DNA of 64,000 bases from Agathobacter rectalis. Lineage in GTDB: Bacteria; Bacteroidota; Bacteroidia; Bacteroidales; Muribaculaceae. Below the pieces are notes generated by a model. It was given only the letters and a program-made list of their open reading frames with translations, was not told the origin of the DNA and searched no databases. Of this stretch, positions 9,087 through 19,052 are shown in pieces. Both the position numbers and the translations under genes were made by a program. The number at the start of each line of letters is the position of its first letter. The first letter of the stretch is position 1. The stretch covers positions 8,666 to 72,665 of the forward strand of contig CAVFVP010000001.1 in NCBI GenBank assembly GCA_963625945.1, in the 5' to 3' direction.

Positions 9087-9678
9087 AGCTCACCGTAGGA
9101 GCCTTGTCGGCACCCTGGTCGGCCTCGAAATAAGCCTTGGGGCCAAAACCGAACATACCGGCCAGAATGTTTGCCGGGAAGCGGCGGATGGCGGTATTAT
9201 AGTCACGAGCCACGTCGTTAAACTTCTTACGCTCAACGGCAATACGGTTCTCCGAGCCCTCAAGCTGACTCTGAAGTGTCTGGAAGTTGGAACTGGCCTG
9301 AAGTTGCGGATAAGCCTCCTGCACGGCGAGCAGCTTCGTCAGCGCATTGCCCAGCTCGCCCTGCACCTGCTGGAATTTCTTCAGCGTGGCCTCATCGAGC
9401 TTCGACGGGTCGATTTTCATTTGCGTGGCAGCCGAACGGGCAGCCGTGACGCTTTGGAGTGTCTGCTGCTCATGCTTGGCATACCCCTTGACCGTGGCCA
9501 CCAGATTAGGCACCAGATCGGCACGTCGCTGATACACGTTCTCCACTTGAGCCCATTGCGACTCCACTGCCTGCTGTTTCGACACAAAGCCATTGTAAGT
9601 GCTCATGAACCAGCCAATTACCATAATCGTCACCACTACGATGACAATTAGCGAACCTCTCTTTTTCATAGTTCCCAT
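9079..9678 (-). CDS. lemA: LemA family protein
   Basis: WAQVENVYQRRADLVPNLVATVKGYAKHE, EAYPQL, ENRIAVER. Confidence 0.95.
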   Translation of the reverse strand: MGTMKKRGSLIVIVVVTIMVIGWFMSTYNGFVSKQQAVESQWAQVENVYQRRADLVPNLVATVKGYAKHEQQTLQSVTAARSAATQMKIDPSKLDEATLKKFQQVQGELGNALTKLLAVQEAYPQLQASSNFQTLQSQLEGSENRIAVERKKFNDVARDYNTAIRRFPANILAGMFGFGPKAYFEADQGADKAPTVSFE

Positions 9679-10085
9679 TAAAATTGATGTGTTTCTATTC
9701 TATTTATAAATATCATGTGCCGGCATCAGCTTGTTCACCAGCCTATACTCACCGCCAGTGCCCTGTTGCCGCATAATGCCGCCACTGCGCCGCTCCATGG
9801 CCAAGCGCGCCCATGTGACATGGTCATTACTATGCTAAGATAGCAAGAAAAAGCCGAACAATCAACATTTAACAAATTTTAATTGCAAAAAAGTGTAAGA
9901 ATCTGCCCATTTTCATGGGTTGAATAAACAGAAGTTAACAAAAAGCATCATTTTCACCATTTTTTATCCCAAATTGAACAGCATAATATCCATAGCACCT
10001 AACTTTGCACACACATCAAGCGATGCATGACCCCAAATAAACGGGAAGTTTACGACAATCACCAAAACGCATATATAGAACATCA

Positions 10086-11411
10086 ATGAACAAGAAATCA
10101 ATTTTCATAGCAGGCGCAGCTCTTTGTGCCATTGCCGCAAACGCAGGCGGCATACTCACCAACACCAACCAGAGCGCAGCCTTCCTGCGCATGGTGGCAC
10201 GCGGCGCCTCACAAGAAATCGATGCGGTGTATTCCAATCCCGCCGGCACGGCATATATGACCGACGGATGGTACCTGTCGCTTACCGGACAGAGCGCATA
10301 CCAGACACGCAACATCGAATCGACCTTTGCACTCTACCCCGAAGGCACGCGCAAATACAAGGGAAAAGCCTCGGCACCAATCATTCCGAGTGCCTATGCC
10401 CTGTACCGCAAAGGGTCGTGGGGTATCAGTGGCTTCTTCGGTGTGGTGGGAGGCGGAGGCAAGGCCTCGTTTGACGACGGCCTTCCAATGTTTGACTCAA
10501 AAGTGATGGCTGGCCTGTACTCACAAAGCAAAGGCACCATCACCCCGGCCATGTACGACATCAACACAGCCGTGTCGGGCCGCCAATACATATATGGTGC
10601 ACAGCTTGGCTTCACCTATCGCATCAACAAGCACTTCGGTGTGTATGCCGGAGGCCGCATGAACTACTTTTCGGGCAACTACAACGGCTTTGTGCAAGCA
10701 AAGCTCAAGTCGGCCGACCAGACCCTGATCAACCTCGAGCTAGACTGCGACCAAAGCGGATGGGGACTCACCCCGATAATCGGCGTGAACTACAAGGTCA
10801 ACAACCTCACCCTTGCGGCCAAATACGAGTTCAAGACAAGCCTCAACATTGAAAACAAGACAAAGAAGAACAGCGACCCCGAAGGTGCACTCGCCGACTT
10901 CAAAGACGGTGTGAACACCCCGAGCGACATCCCGTCGCTGCTGTCGGTAGCCGTGGGCTACAACTTCACCCCGCGCCTGCGCGCCACAGTAGAATACCAT
11001 TTCTATGACGACAAGCACGCAGGCATGGCGCACGTCGACGGCGGCACCGAGGGCAAGGAGAAGACCCTCAAGCACGGCACGCACGAGTTTTTGGCAGGCG
11101 CCGAGTTCGACATCGACCGGGTGCTCACCGTGAGTGCCGGCGCGCAACGCACCGAGTATGGTCTGAGCGACGGATTCCAGACCAACACCGCATTCTCATG
11201 CAGCAGTTGGAGCGTGGGCCTGGGTGCAGCTGTCAATCTCTCGAAAAAACTGAAGCTCAACGTGGGCTACTTCTGGTCGATGTATGACAAATACACAAAA
11301 TCGGTGGCAGCTTCGGCCACAGGCGGCTACAACGGCACCACCATGGCCGGCACCGACGTGTACACGCGCACCAACAAGGTGTTTGGCGTGGGTGTTGACT
11401 ACAAGTTCTGA
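10086..11411 (+). CDS. OmpP1/FadL-family outer-membrane transporter
   Basis: Signal peptide, GGILTNTNQS, AVYSNPAG FadL motif, beta-barrel pattern ending in YKF; TAACTTTG at 10000-10007. Confidence 0.85.
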   Translation: MNKKSIFIAGAALCAIAANAGGILTNTNQSAAFLRMVARGASQEIDAVYSNPAGTAYMTDGWYLSLTGQSAYQTRNIESTFALYPEGTRKYKGKASAPIIPSAYALYRKGSWGISGFFGVVGGGGKASFDDGLPMFDSKVMAGLYSQSKGTITPAMYDINTAVSGRQYIYGAQLGFTYRINKHFGVYAGGRMNYFSGNYNGFVQAKLKSADQTLINLELDCDQSGWGLTPIIGVNYKVNNLTLAAKYEFKTSLNIENKTKKNSDPEGALADFKDGVNTPSDIPSLLSVAVGYNFTPRLRATVEYHFYDDKHAGMAHVDGGTEGKEKTLKHGTHEFLAGAEFDIDRVLTVSAGAQRTEYGLSDGFQTNTAFSCSSWSVGLGAAVNLSKKLKLNVGYFWSMYDKYTKSVAASATGGYNGTTMAGTDVYTRTNKVFGVGVDYKF

Positions 11412-11524
11412 TTCAGCACAGCAAAACAAACGATTCAATTATATAGGCAACATATAACAGTGTAATCAAAACAAACATTTTCGTTCACTTACGCATCTAC
11501 AGTATTTTCCACAAGTAGACTAAA

Positions 11525-11566
11525 GGCACAAGCCCGACCGCGACAGGTTAGGCTTGCGCCGTTTTT
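11525..11566 (+). terminator. Intrinsic terminator
   Basis: GGCACAAGCC...GGCTTGCGCC stem followed by GTTTTT. Confidence 0.6.
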
Positions 11567-11602
11567 ATGGGTACGGCTTGGCCGGGCAGTTGCCGGTCAA
11601 GC

Positions 11603-13123
11603 TCAATCAGGAGTGTTGATGGAAAGCATTGAATCGATGATGCCGCGGTCATTGCTCAAGCGCGGTATTTTACGCTGTCCGCCCAGTTTGCCGCTTTGCG
11701 CGAGCCACTGGTCGAAGAGGCCTGGGCGCGCCACAACCACCTCGGGAGCATCAAGAAAGATATCGCCACTGCGCTTGGCGTCGTAGTCGCTGTTCACCTC
11801 ACGCAAGCGATTGTCGAGCGAGCGGGCAAACTCATCGAGCGAATGTGGCATCCGGGCAAATTCCACCAGCCATTGGTGACGGCCATGGCTATTGCCACTG
11901 GCATAGACCGGAGCCGCAGTGTAGTTGAGCACACTGGCACCCGTCTCGGCCTGCGCCGCAGTCATGGCATCGTCGGCATTGTAGACCATAAGTTCCTCGC
12001 CAAAGGCATTGATAAAGCTACGGGTGCGTCCGGCAATGCGTATCTTCACCGGCGATGTCTGGGTCACTGTCACGGTGTCGCCTATGCGGTAGCGCCATAA
12101 TCCGTTGCAAGCCGTGATGATAAGCTCATAGGTGCGACCCGGCTCAATCTCCCATATGGGATACACATCGGGGCTCGAGCTGTGGCTCTGCTCCACCGGC
12201 AGGAACTCGAAGAACACACCTGCATCGAGAAGAAGCATCATGGCCGTGGTATCCCACGACGTCTGCACGGCAAAGAAACCCTCACTGGCATTATAGGTGT
12301 CGAGGAAATGCATCCTGCTCATGTCGCATATTTGCTCATACTGCTCACGATAAGGACCAAAAGCTATACCACCGTGGAAAAACACCTCCAGATTAGGCCA
12401 CACCTCGTGAATGCAGCCGGCGCCGGTGCGCTCGAGCACACGCCTTATCACCGTGAGGAACCACGACGGCACACCCGAAATGTTGGTCACATTCTCGTGA
12501 ATGCTGGCCTCCACAAGGGCGGGAAGTTTGCTGTTCCAGTCCTCCATAAGCGCCGTGCGCTTGTCAGGCACGCGAAACAGGTTCACTATCGGGTTGATGT
12601 TGCCTATCAAGTTGGCCGAAAGGTCGCCCACCTTGACACCCGGGCGCAAGTTCAGCTCATTGGCGAAACTTCCGCCAAGGATGAATCCTTTGCCCGAAAA
12701 AATGCGACTGCCGGGATTAAGATTCAAGTAATGGGCCACTACGTCGGCCGACCCACGGTAGTGGTTGGAGCGGAACGACTCGGCAGTAATGGGGATGTAT
12801 TTGCTTTTGCCATCGCTCGTGCCCGATGATTGGGCATAGTTGAGCGTCAGTCCAGGCCACAGCACGTCTTTTTCACCATTCACCATGCGCATGATTTGCG
12901 GACGCAGGTCCTCGTAGCGGTAGAGCGGCACGGTAGAGGCAAACTGGCGATAGGTGCGAATGCTCGAGAAATCATATTTGCGGCCCACCTCGGTAAGCGA
13001 GGCCCGCTCAATGAGCTTCACAAGCTGTTCCTGCTGCACACTGTCGGCATGGTCGATATAGCGTACCTGCTGCTGCAGGCGGCCTGCCATGAGACTGCGC
13101 ATGAGTGGAGTGAAATTTAGCAT
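11603..13123 (-). CDS. GH3 (auxin-responsive-like) adenylate-forming acyl-amido ligase family protein
   Basis: AQSSGTSDGKSKYIP, YNASEGFF, GLWRYRIGD, GRT...FGEE, LGGQRKIPRL. Confidence 0.9.
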   Translation of the reverse strand: MLNFTPLMRSLMAGRLQQQVRYIDHADSVQQEQLVKLIERASLTEVGRKYDFSSIRTYRQFASTVPLYRYEDLRPQIMRMVNGEKDVLWPGLTLNYAQSSGTSDGKSKYIPITAESFRSNHYRGSADVVAHYLNLNPGSRIFSGKGFILGGSFANELNLRPGVKVGDLSANLIGNINPIVNLFRVPDKRTALMEDWNSKLPALVEASIHENVTNISGVPSWFLTVIRRVLERTGAGCIHEVWPNLEVFFHGGIAFGPYREQYEQICDMSRMHFLDTYNASEGFFAVQTSWDTTAMMLLLDAGVFFEFLPVEQSHSSSPDVYPIWEIEPGRTYELIITACNGLWRYRIGDTVTVTQTSPVKIRIAGRTRSFINAFGEELMVYNADDAMTAAQAETGASVLNYTAAPVYASGNSHGRHQWLVEFARMPHSLDEFARSLDNRLREVNSDYDAKRSGDIFLDAPEVVVARPGLFDQWLAQSGKLGGQRKIPRLSNDRGIIDSMLSINTPD

Positions 13124-13255
13124 AGCAGTGATATTTGTTTTCTTCAAAGTTACGCAAATTTCGGCATCAGCCGCCACAAATCCACAAAAATCGCCCATCC
13201 TGGCATTTTGGCTACTTTTTTTTGTGTAAATTTGCAAAAAAACATCACCGCGGCA

Positions 13256-13282
13256 TGCAATGCTTGTACCCCGTGGTTGATT
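13256..13282 (+). promoter_or_regulatory. Candidate ECF promoter (variant) upstream of ECF sigma 1
   Basis: TGCAATG-N15-TGATT, same spacing as the motifs at 17214-17240 and 19053-19079. Confidence 0.45.
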
Positions 13283-13302
13283 ATTATATGAAGCAACGAA
13301 TA

Positions 13303-13869
13303 ATGACAGCTACCGCTACCGACGACGAACAGGCGCTTGCGCAGCAAGTGGTGCAGGGCGACGCAAGAGCCATGAGACTCTTGTATGAGCGTTTTGTGCC
13401 CAACCTCGCCTCAGTGTGCACGCGGTATGTGGCCGATGACGACGATGTGAAAGATGTGCTGCAAGACAGCTTCGTGGCCATTTTCACATCGATGGACAAA
13501 TTCCAATACAAAGGACCAGGATCATTACGAGCCTGGATGACGCGCATAGTGGCCAACAAGGCCATCAACAGCTTGAAAAAGGCGCAACGGCTGAGTAGCA
13601 TCGAAGTGGGTGGGCAGCAAATCCCCGACGTACCCGATGAGGAAGTTGAGGCCGAAAAAGTGCCAATCGATGTGCTTCACCGCATGATACGCCAGTTGCC
13701 CGACGGCTACCGCACGGTGTTCAACATGAGTGTAATTGACCATCGCAGCCACATCGAGATAGCCGAAGCCCTGGGAATAAAGCGTGAGACGTCGGCCTCG
13801 CAATTGCACCATGCAAAAGCGTTGCTGGCAAAGAAGATTAAGGAATACTTGAAAACACATGACAACTGA
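13303..13869 (+). CDS. ECF RNA polymerase sigma factor (module 1)
   Basis: DVLQDSF, GSLRAWMTRIVAN (region 2), LPDGYRTVFN...HIEIAEALGI...SASQL (region 4); alternative start at 13288. Confidence 0.93.
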   Translation: MTATATDDEQALAQQVVQGDARAMRLLYERFVPNLASVCTRYVADDDDVKDVLQDSFVAIFTSMDKFQYKGPGSLRAWMTRIVANKAINSLKKAQRLSSIEVGGQQIPDVPDEEVEAEKVPIDVLHRMIRQLPDGYRTVFNMSVIDHRSHIEIAEALGIKRETSASQLHHAKALLAKKIKEYLKTHDN

Positions 13870-13886
13870 CAAGGAGGAACCACAAT

Positions 13887-15191
13887 ATGAGAAATGACTG
13901 GACAAACGACATTGGCAAACGCATGGAAGAGCACCGGATCGACGGATTCGGAGACATGTGGCCCGGCATAGAAGCCGCCGTCAAAGAGGCGCAAGCCGCC
14001 CAAAAGCGCCAAAAAGCACGCACCGCATGGCTGCGGCGCTCGATGGCCACCGTGATGGCCGCCGCTGCCGTAGTGGCCTTGGTGCTATGTCTGCCCGCAA
14101 TCCGCAGTAGTCACACAGCCACACCATCGAGGACGACAGCCACACCTCAAAGCATAGCCCAAACCAACAAAGCAAACAGCGACCGCACCTCCACGGCAAC
14201 CAGTTCCGCAACCACAGCCGAAGTTCCTCCCACACCCGCAACCGGCACGTTGCGTCTGGCCCCAACAGCGGTCAAGCCATCCTTGCTTGCCCAAAACGCC
14301 GCCAACCACGAAACATCACCAGAACAGGCAACCTCCACAACTGGCGGAACAGGCACGGAAAACCAATCTGAAGACGCGATAAAAAACACCGGCAATGTCA
14401 TTGCCAGCACCACAAAAGAGGACGACCGTCCCAAAGCGTCGGCCGAAAACGGCAAGCAGCAAGCCAAGACCACGAGCAAAGGCGCTGCCACCACCTGGGC
14501 CTACGACGTGAGCAACGCCCCCATCGAAATAGCCAAGGCCGACAACGACGACAAGTGGGCTATTGGCCTATTCGCCTTCAACAGCCCGGCAAAGATAGGC
14601 AACAGCAACAGCGACGACCTCTTTGCCTTCGCTGACGGCTCGACAATGGGAGGAACCAACTCCATAGCCCCCTCGATAGGCGTGGCCGATGTGAATCTGC
14701 AGCACAAGCAGCCCGTGAGCGTGGGCGCATCGGTTCAATACAGCCTCAACCGCCAATGGAGTCTCGAGACCGGACTTGCCTACACCTATCTGTATTCAGA
14801 CTATTCCAACAAGCAAGTCAACTGCGAACAACGGCTGCACTACCTTGGCATCCCCGTAAAGGTAAACTTCAGCCTCTACAACAGTCGGAGGCTGAATGTG
14901 TACCTCACTGCCGGAGGCATGGCCGAGAAGCTCGTGAACGGGCACTTCAAAGTCGCCTACACGCAAGCCAAAGGCTATGACACCAACAACAGCCTTAAGG
15001 AGGGCGGTCTTCAATGGTCGGTGAAAGGTGCTGCCGGAATCGCATTCAACATCACTCCTGCCGTGGCAATATATGCCGAACCAGGCATAGGCCACTATTT
15101 CGACAACGGCAGCCGCATGAAAAGCTTCTACAAGGATTCGCCCACATGCTTCAACCTGCTCGTGGGATTACGGTTCAACGCCAAGCACTAA
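13887..15191 (+). CDS. Dual-membrane-spanning anti-sigma-like protein (Dma/Reo type): N-terminal anti-sigma helix, TM, low-complexity linker, C-terminal OM beta-barrel
   Basis: DW...WPGIEA N-terminus, TM VMAAAAVVALVLCL, Ala/Thr/Ser/Pro-rich linker, barrel motifs HKQPVSVG, LETGLAYTYL, LHYLGIPV, IYAEPG, GLRF; directly after the ECF gene. Confidence 0.8.
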   Translation: MRNDWTNDIGKRMEEHRIDGFGDMWPGIEAAVKEAQAAQKRQKARTAWLRRSMATVMAAAAVVALVLCLPAIRSSHTATPSRTTATPQSIAQTNKANSDRTSTATSSATTAEVPPTPATGTLRLAPTAVKPSLLAQNAANHETSPEQATSTTGGTGTENQSEDAIKNTGNVIASTTKEDDRPKASAENGKQQAKTTSKGAATTWAYDVSNAPIEIAKADNDDKWAIGLFAFNSPAKIGNSNSDDLFAFADGSTMGGTNSIAPSIGVADVNLQHKQPVSVGASVQYSLNRQWSLETGLAYTYLYSDYSNKQVNCEQRLHYLGIPVKVNFSLYNSRRLNVYLTAGGMAEKLVNGHFKVAYTQAKGYDTNNSLKEGGLQWSVKGAAGIAFNITPAVAIYAEPGIGHYFDNGSRMKSFYKDSPTCFNLLVGLRFNAKH

Positions 15192-16261
15192 AGCCGATTG
15201 GCACCGGTTGCCTCTTTGGGTTTCTTGTGGCCCGAAAGCCATGACGGAATCACAAAAGTACCCACCAGCAAATAGGAATAATAGGTAATCAGCCTCCAGG
15301 CGAGCACGGCCACAAGCAGAGTGCCTGCATCGGCAGTGAAATCGCTGTAATACACACTGAACATATACTCATTAAGCCCACTGCCTCCCGGCGTGGGACT
15401 TATCATGGCCACAATCCACAGCACAAACTGGCGGGCAAAGGCCAGTAGATGGTCGCCACCCGAGGCAAAAGCGAAAAGCACGGCATTGACCACGGCATAG
15501 CGGCACGACCATGCGCCCACAGTTATTCCGAAAGTCTTGAGCCAAAACACGAAACCATGACGGCGCATCGACTCCGAACTCACGCAAATATCATGAGCCA
15601 CAGCCTCGATAGATGGTTTCCAGCGCCTCAGCACCGGCAACGAGAAAATGGCCACAAGTACCCTGCCCACCCACTGGGGCTTATGAAACAACGCCACATA
15701 AAGCACTGCAGTCCACACCGCCACAGCCACAAGCACTCCAATGAAAAGCCACTGCACGCCGGCATTCACCAACTGCGCCTCGCCAAACAGCACACGTGCA
15801 GGCATCAACACCAGCACAGCCAAGCACCCCAGTGTGAGAAACAGCTCGTCCATCATCAGGGTCGACATCATCACAGCCGTGCTGCGGCCGGCATTCATTC
15901 CCTCGCGATGCAAAAACCAGAATATCAAGCTACTGCCGCCCACGGCACTCGGCGTTACGGCCGACGTGAATTCACACAGGGCATCGACCCTGAAAGCCTG
16001 ACGCCACGATATGCTGCCACAGGCAAGGTGATGATACCGCCACATCAGGCAGAAGTTCTGGCCGGCAAAAAGGAGCACAGCGAGCAGCAGGCCAACCACG
16101 GTGTTACCCGAGAGCCTTACGCCCGAAAAAGACAGGGAGTGGATGTCGCGCAATGCGAGATAGGCCACGGCAGCAAGTCCGCAAGCCACAGCGAGTGCTA
16201 TGTGTCGACGTTTCACGGCAATATCAGTTGTTTGTTTTTTGGGAAAGTCACGTTCATTCAC
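15188..16261 (-). CDS. Lysylphosphatidylglycerol-synthase-TM / flippase-like (UPF0104) membrane protein
   Basis: EFTSAVTPSAVGG, SPTPGGSGLNE, WRLITYY, multiple TM segments. Confidence 0.85.
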   Translation of the reverse strand: MNERDFPKKQTTDIAVKRRHIALAVACGLAAVAYLALRDIHSLSFSGVRLSGNTVVGLLLAVLLFAGQNFCLMWRYHHLACGSISWRQAFRVDALCEFTSAVTPSAVGGSSLIFWFLHREGMNAGRSTAVMMSTLMMDELFLTLGCLAVLVLMPARVLFGEAQLVNAGVQWLFIGVLVAVAVWTAVLYVALFHKPQWVGRVLVAIFSLPVLRRWKPSIEAVAHDICVSSESMRRHGFVFWLKTFGITVGAWSCRYAVVNAVLFAFASGGDHLLAFARQFVLWIVAMISPTPGGSGLNEYMFSVYYSDFTADAGTLLVAVLAWRLITYYSYLLVGTFVIPSWLSGHKKPKEATGANRL

Positions 16262-16413
16262 CGCGGGCCAGCCATGTGGCAGCGGCTGTCGGGCAAATTT
16301 AGCAATTTGGGCTCACAACGGCAATGCCCCGCCGCCACAAAAAGGCAAAATAAAAACCTGGCCGCGGGAATACCACAGGCCAGGCCTTATTATTCAAACA
16401 ATTAGCGCCTCGA

Positions 16414-17154
16414 TTAGTCGGTCACAGTCTCAGAACGGTCAACCGTGGTGGTCGTGGGGGTCACCCTCAGATAATTGATCTGCTTCTCGCCCTTCACGCG
16501 CACATAGAGACCCTTAAGCTTGTTCTTCACAGGGTTCAGACTGTCTGGGAGACGGAACGAGACGTAGTCGTTCACGCGCGAGCCGGTCGACGTGCCCGTT
16601 CCCGTGCGGTTTAGACGCACCTCGAGGTTCACATAGTCGGGCTGATGATTGGCAAGTGTGTTTTCAATCAGCGACACCTCGTAGGTCACGTTATCGCCGC
16701 TCACGGCAGGAACCGACAGATAGGTGTCGAGATACTTGCCGTCGGTGGTCAGATGCATCTGGTTGGTATAGATGGCATCATCGCCCACGCTGTCGAGCTG
16801 AGCCTTTGTGGTTGCCGAAAAAGCGTTCTTTGTGAGGATTACGCGCAAGCCCAGCAAGTCCATGGTGCGGGCATTGGCGAGCGTGCCCTGAGCCAAATTC
16901 TTGAAATACACGATGGCGCGCGAGCCGTTGTCCGACTGGCTGACCTTGAAAGAACTATAGTCACTGTTGTGGTTGGGGAGCAGCTGAAGGCTGCTGTCGG
17001 CCTCAAACCAGAAGTTGTTCGGGTCTTCAGAGTGGAGCGTTGCATAGCCGTAATACTGGATGCTGCCTTCGTTTTTGTCGTTGTTGCACGATGAGAATGC
17101 CGCAAGCAATGCAATCATCACCAAAGCGACCAATGACACTGATGTTTTTTTCAT
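16414..17154 (-). CDS. NigD-like lipoprotein
   Basis: Lipobox FSSC + NNDKNE; N-terminal OB-like pattern (ATL...FEAD...L-P...G-RAIVYF), C-terminal LEVRLN...YVSFRL; downstream of an ECF/Dma pair. Confidence 0.7.
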   Translation of the reverse strand: MKKTSVSLVALVMIALLAAFSSCNNDKNEGSIQYYGYATLHSEDPNNFWFEADSSLQLLPNHNSDYSSFKVSQSDNGSRAIVYFKNLAQGTLANARTMDLLGLRVILTKNAFSATTKAQLDSVGDDAIYTNQMHLTTDGKYLDTYLSVPAVSGDNVTYEVSLIENTLANHQPDYVNLEVRLNRTGTGTSTGSRVNDYVSFRLPDSLNPVKNKLKGLYVRVKGEKQINYLRVTPTTTTVDRSETVTD

Positions 17155-17213
17155 AATTATTCCTTGTCTGTTTATGCGTTATTTATCAATTTGTTTTTTG
17201 TTACACACTATAT

Positions 17214-17240
17214 AAACATCGGCCCACGGCAATTATTGCA
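17214..17240 (-). promoter_or_regulatory. Candidate ECF promoter for the nigD-like gene
   Basis: TGCAATA-N15-TGTTT on the minus strand, about 60 nt before the ATG. Confidence 0.55.
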
Positions 17241-17297
17241 CGCAGGCCTGACAATTTTTTCTGCACGGGAAACACACTTGGGGCAAAAGTCCCGCTG

Positions 17298-18473
17298 CTA
17301 AAAATGCCATTTAGCTCCAAGCTGCAGATTGAAGTCAACGTCGTTCACGCCTTGTATGGTGGGCATTGGCAACGTGGCTGTGCGGAACACCACACGCGGC
17401 TCGGCATAAATGCTCACACGCGGCGAGACAAAATATTGCGCACCGGCAATTCCGCTTGCGTTCAACAGCTTGAAGCGGCTGGAGCAAGTCACGCCAGTGG
17501 GCATGCCGGCCACTATGCCCGGAACGATCTCCACCCCGGCATACACCCTGATGCGATTGCGGCGCAGGGCATTCCACCGCACGCCGATTGGCAACGATAT
17601 GGTAGACAAACTTTTGGCAACCGACGATGAGGCGGCATCGGTCACTTCGGTACGGAGTAGCGTGTAGGTGAGGCCAACCGTGGCTGTGACTGCCCCATGG
17701 GCAAAGTCGCGGCTGACGTCGAGGCCCACTGCCAGAGGCATATTGTGGCTGTAACTTAGAGAGGAACCGTCGGCAGCGACAACCGTCTGATTGCGGCCGG
17801 CCACGCTGAGTCCCATCACATTGACGCCCAAAGCCCAGCGGCGCGGACTGCGGGCCAATGCATCGGGAAGGCAACCCGAATAGCCGAGCGTGCGGGCATT
17901 GTCTTCCATCTGCCGATAGGCGTTATATTCGCGGTCGCTATAGTTTTGCCACGGGTTGAGTGACGACGACGGAGCCTCATCATCATCGCCCTGCCCCATC
18001 GGCCGGTTAGGAACGCCTGGGCCACCAGTGGCCGAGGCGTAAAGTGCGCCTATGTTGACCGAGTCATCGATCATGGCAGCCTCCTGAGCCTTGTGGCGCA
18101 AGCGACGGCGATGGCGCTTGAGGTGCTTTGCTGTTGCGCTCTCGCCTGGCACAATTGTGGCTTGTGCAGTGAGCTGACTCACTGCCGACGGCTGTCCCGC
18201 TGCCGGCGACAATGCAACCGGTGCGCTCTGCGAGGCGTCGCCGTTAAACATGAGTTTCAACCCCACACCTAAAATCAGAGCCACCGCTGCGGCGGCCGCC
18301 GTGGGCCATAGCCATCGGTTGCGGCGTCGGCGAGGCGCCACTTTGGCCTTCAAGGCCATTCGGGCAGCCACGGCCTCCCAACTGCCGGTGGGGGGCTGCT
18401 TAACGGCTTCGTGCGCCTTGCGCCGCACTACCTCGGTCCAGTCTGATTTCATGTGTTTATCGTTATTCGTCAT
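17298..18473 (-). CDS. Second Dma/Reo-like dual-membrane-spanning anti-sigma protein
   Basis: DW...PPTGSWEAV N-terminus, TM WLWPTAAAAAVALILGVGL, linker, barrel motifs HNMPLAVG, GLTYTLL, SIYAEPR, C-terminal WHF; overlaps the ECF stop codon. Confidence 0.78.
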   Translation of the reverse strand: MTNNDKHMKSDWTEVVRRKAHEAVKQPPTGSWEAVAARMALKAKVAPRRRRNRWLWPTAAAAAVALILGVGLKLMFNGDASQSAPVALSPAAGQPSAVSQLTAQATIVPGESATAKHLKRHRRRLRHKAQEAAMIDDSVNIGALYASATGGPGVPNRPMGQGDDDEAPSSSLNPWQNYSDREYNAYRQMEDNARTLGYSGCLPDALARSPRRWALGVNVMGLSVAGRNQTVVAADGSSLSYSHNMPLAVGLDVSRDFAHGAVTATVGLTYTLLRTEVTDAASSSVAKSLSTISLPIGVRWNALRRNRIRVYAGVEIVPGIVAGMPTGVTCSSRFKLLNASGIAGAQYFVSPRVSIYAEPRVVFRTATLPMPTIQGVNDVDFNLQLGAKWHF

Positions 18474-19026
18474 ATTGCTCGTTCAAATAATCCTTGATGC
18501 GCCTTGCCAGCAGCGCCTTTGCCCTTGCCAACTGCGACGATGAGCTTTTCTCGTTGATGCCGAGTTTCTCGGCGATCTGCTTGTGCGAGAAGCCCTCGAT
18601 GCAATACAGGTTGAACACCGTGCGGTATCCGTCGGGCAACTCGGCGATGAAGTCCATCAGTGTGTTGGAATCGATTTTGTCGACCATCGACGGCTCAGGC
18701 TCATACGGCTCGTCGTCGCCAAGCAACTCCACTGGCTGCTGTGCCGCCAATGACTCTTTACGATTATCACGCACGTAGTTAAGCGCCATGTTCACCGCAA
18801 TGCGGTCAATCCAAGCCCGCAAAGACCCTTCGCCACGCCAGACGAAACGGCTCACCGAGTCGAAAATGCGCAGAAACGTCTCCTGAAGAACGTCGTCGGC
18901 GGCATCCTCCTGAGCTACGTATCGTAATATTAGGGAATAGACGCGGGGGCTATGCAGTTCAAACAGTTTGCGCTGACTTGCACCGTCGCCCTTGAGGCAT
19001 CCATCCAGCATCTCTCTCTCGGTCAT
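18463..19026 (-). CDS. ECF RNA polymerase sigma factor (module 2)
   Basis: DVLQETF, GEGSLRAWIDRIAVN, LPDGYRTVFNLYCIEGFSHKQIAEKLGINEKSSSSQLARAK. Confidence 0.95.
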   Translation of the reverse strand: MTEREMLDGCLKGDGASQRKLFELHSPRVYSLILRYVAQEDAADDVLQETFLRIFDSVSRFVWRGEGSLRAWIDRIAVNMALNYVRDNRKESLAAQQPVELLGDDEPYEPEPSMVDKIDSNTLMDFIAELPDGYRTVFNLYCIEGFSHKQIAEKLGINEKSSSSQLARAKALLARRIKDYLNEQYDE

Positions 19027-19052
19027 TGCAGGAATCCACGCTCTTTAATTAA

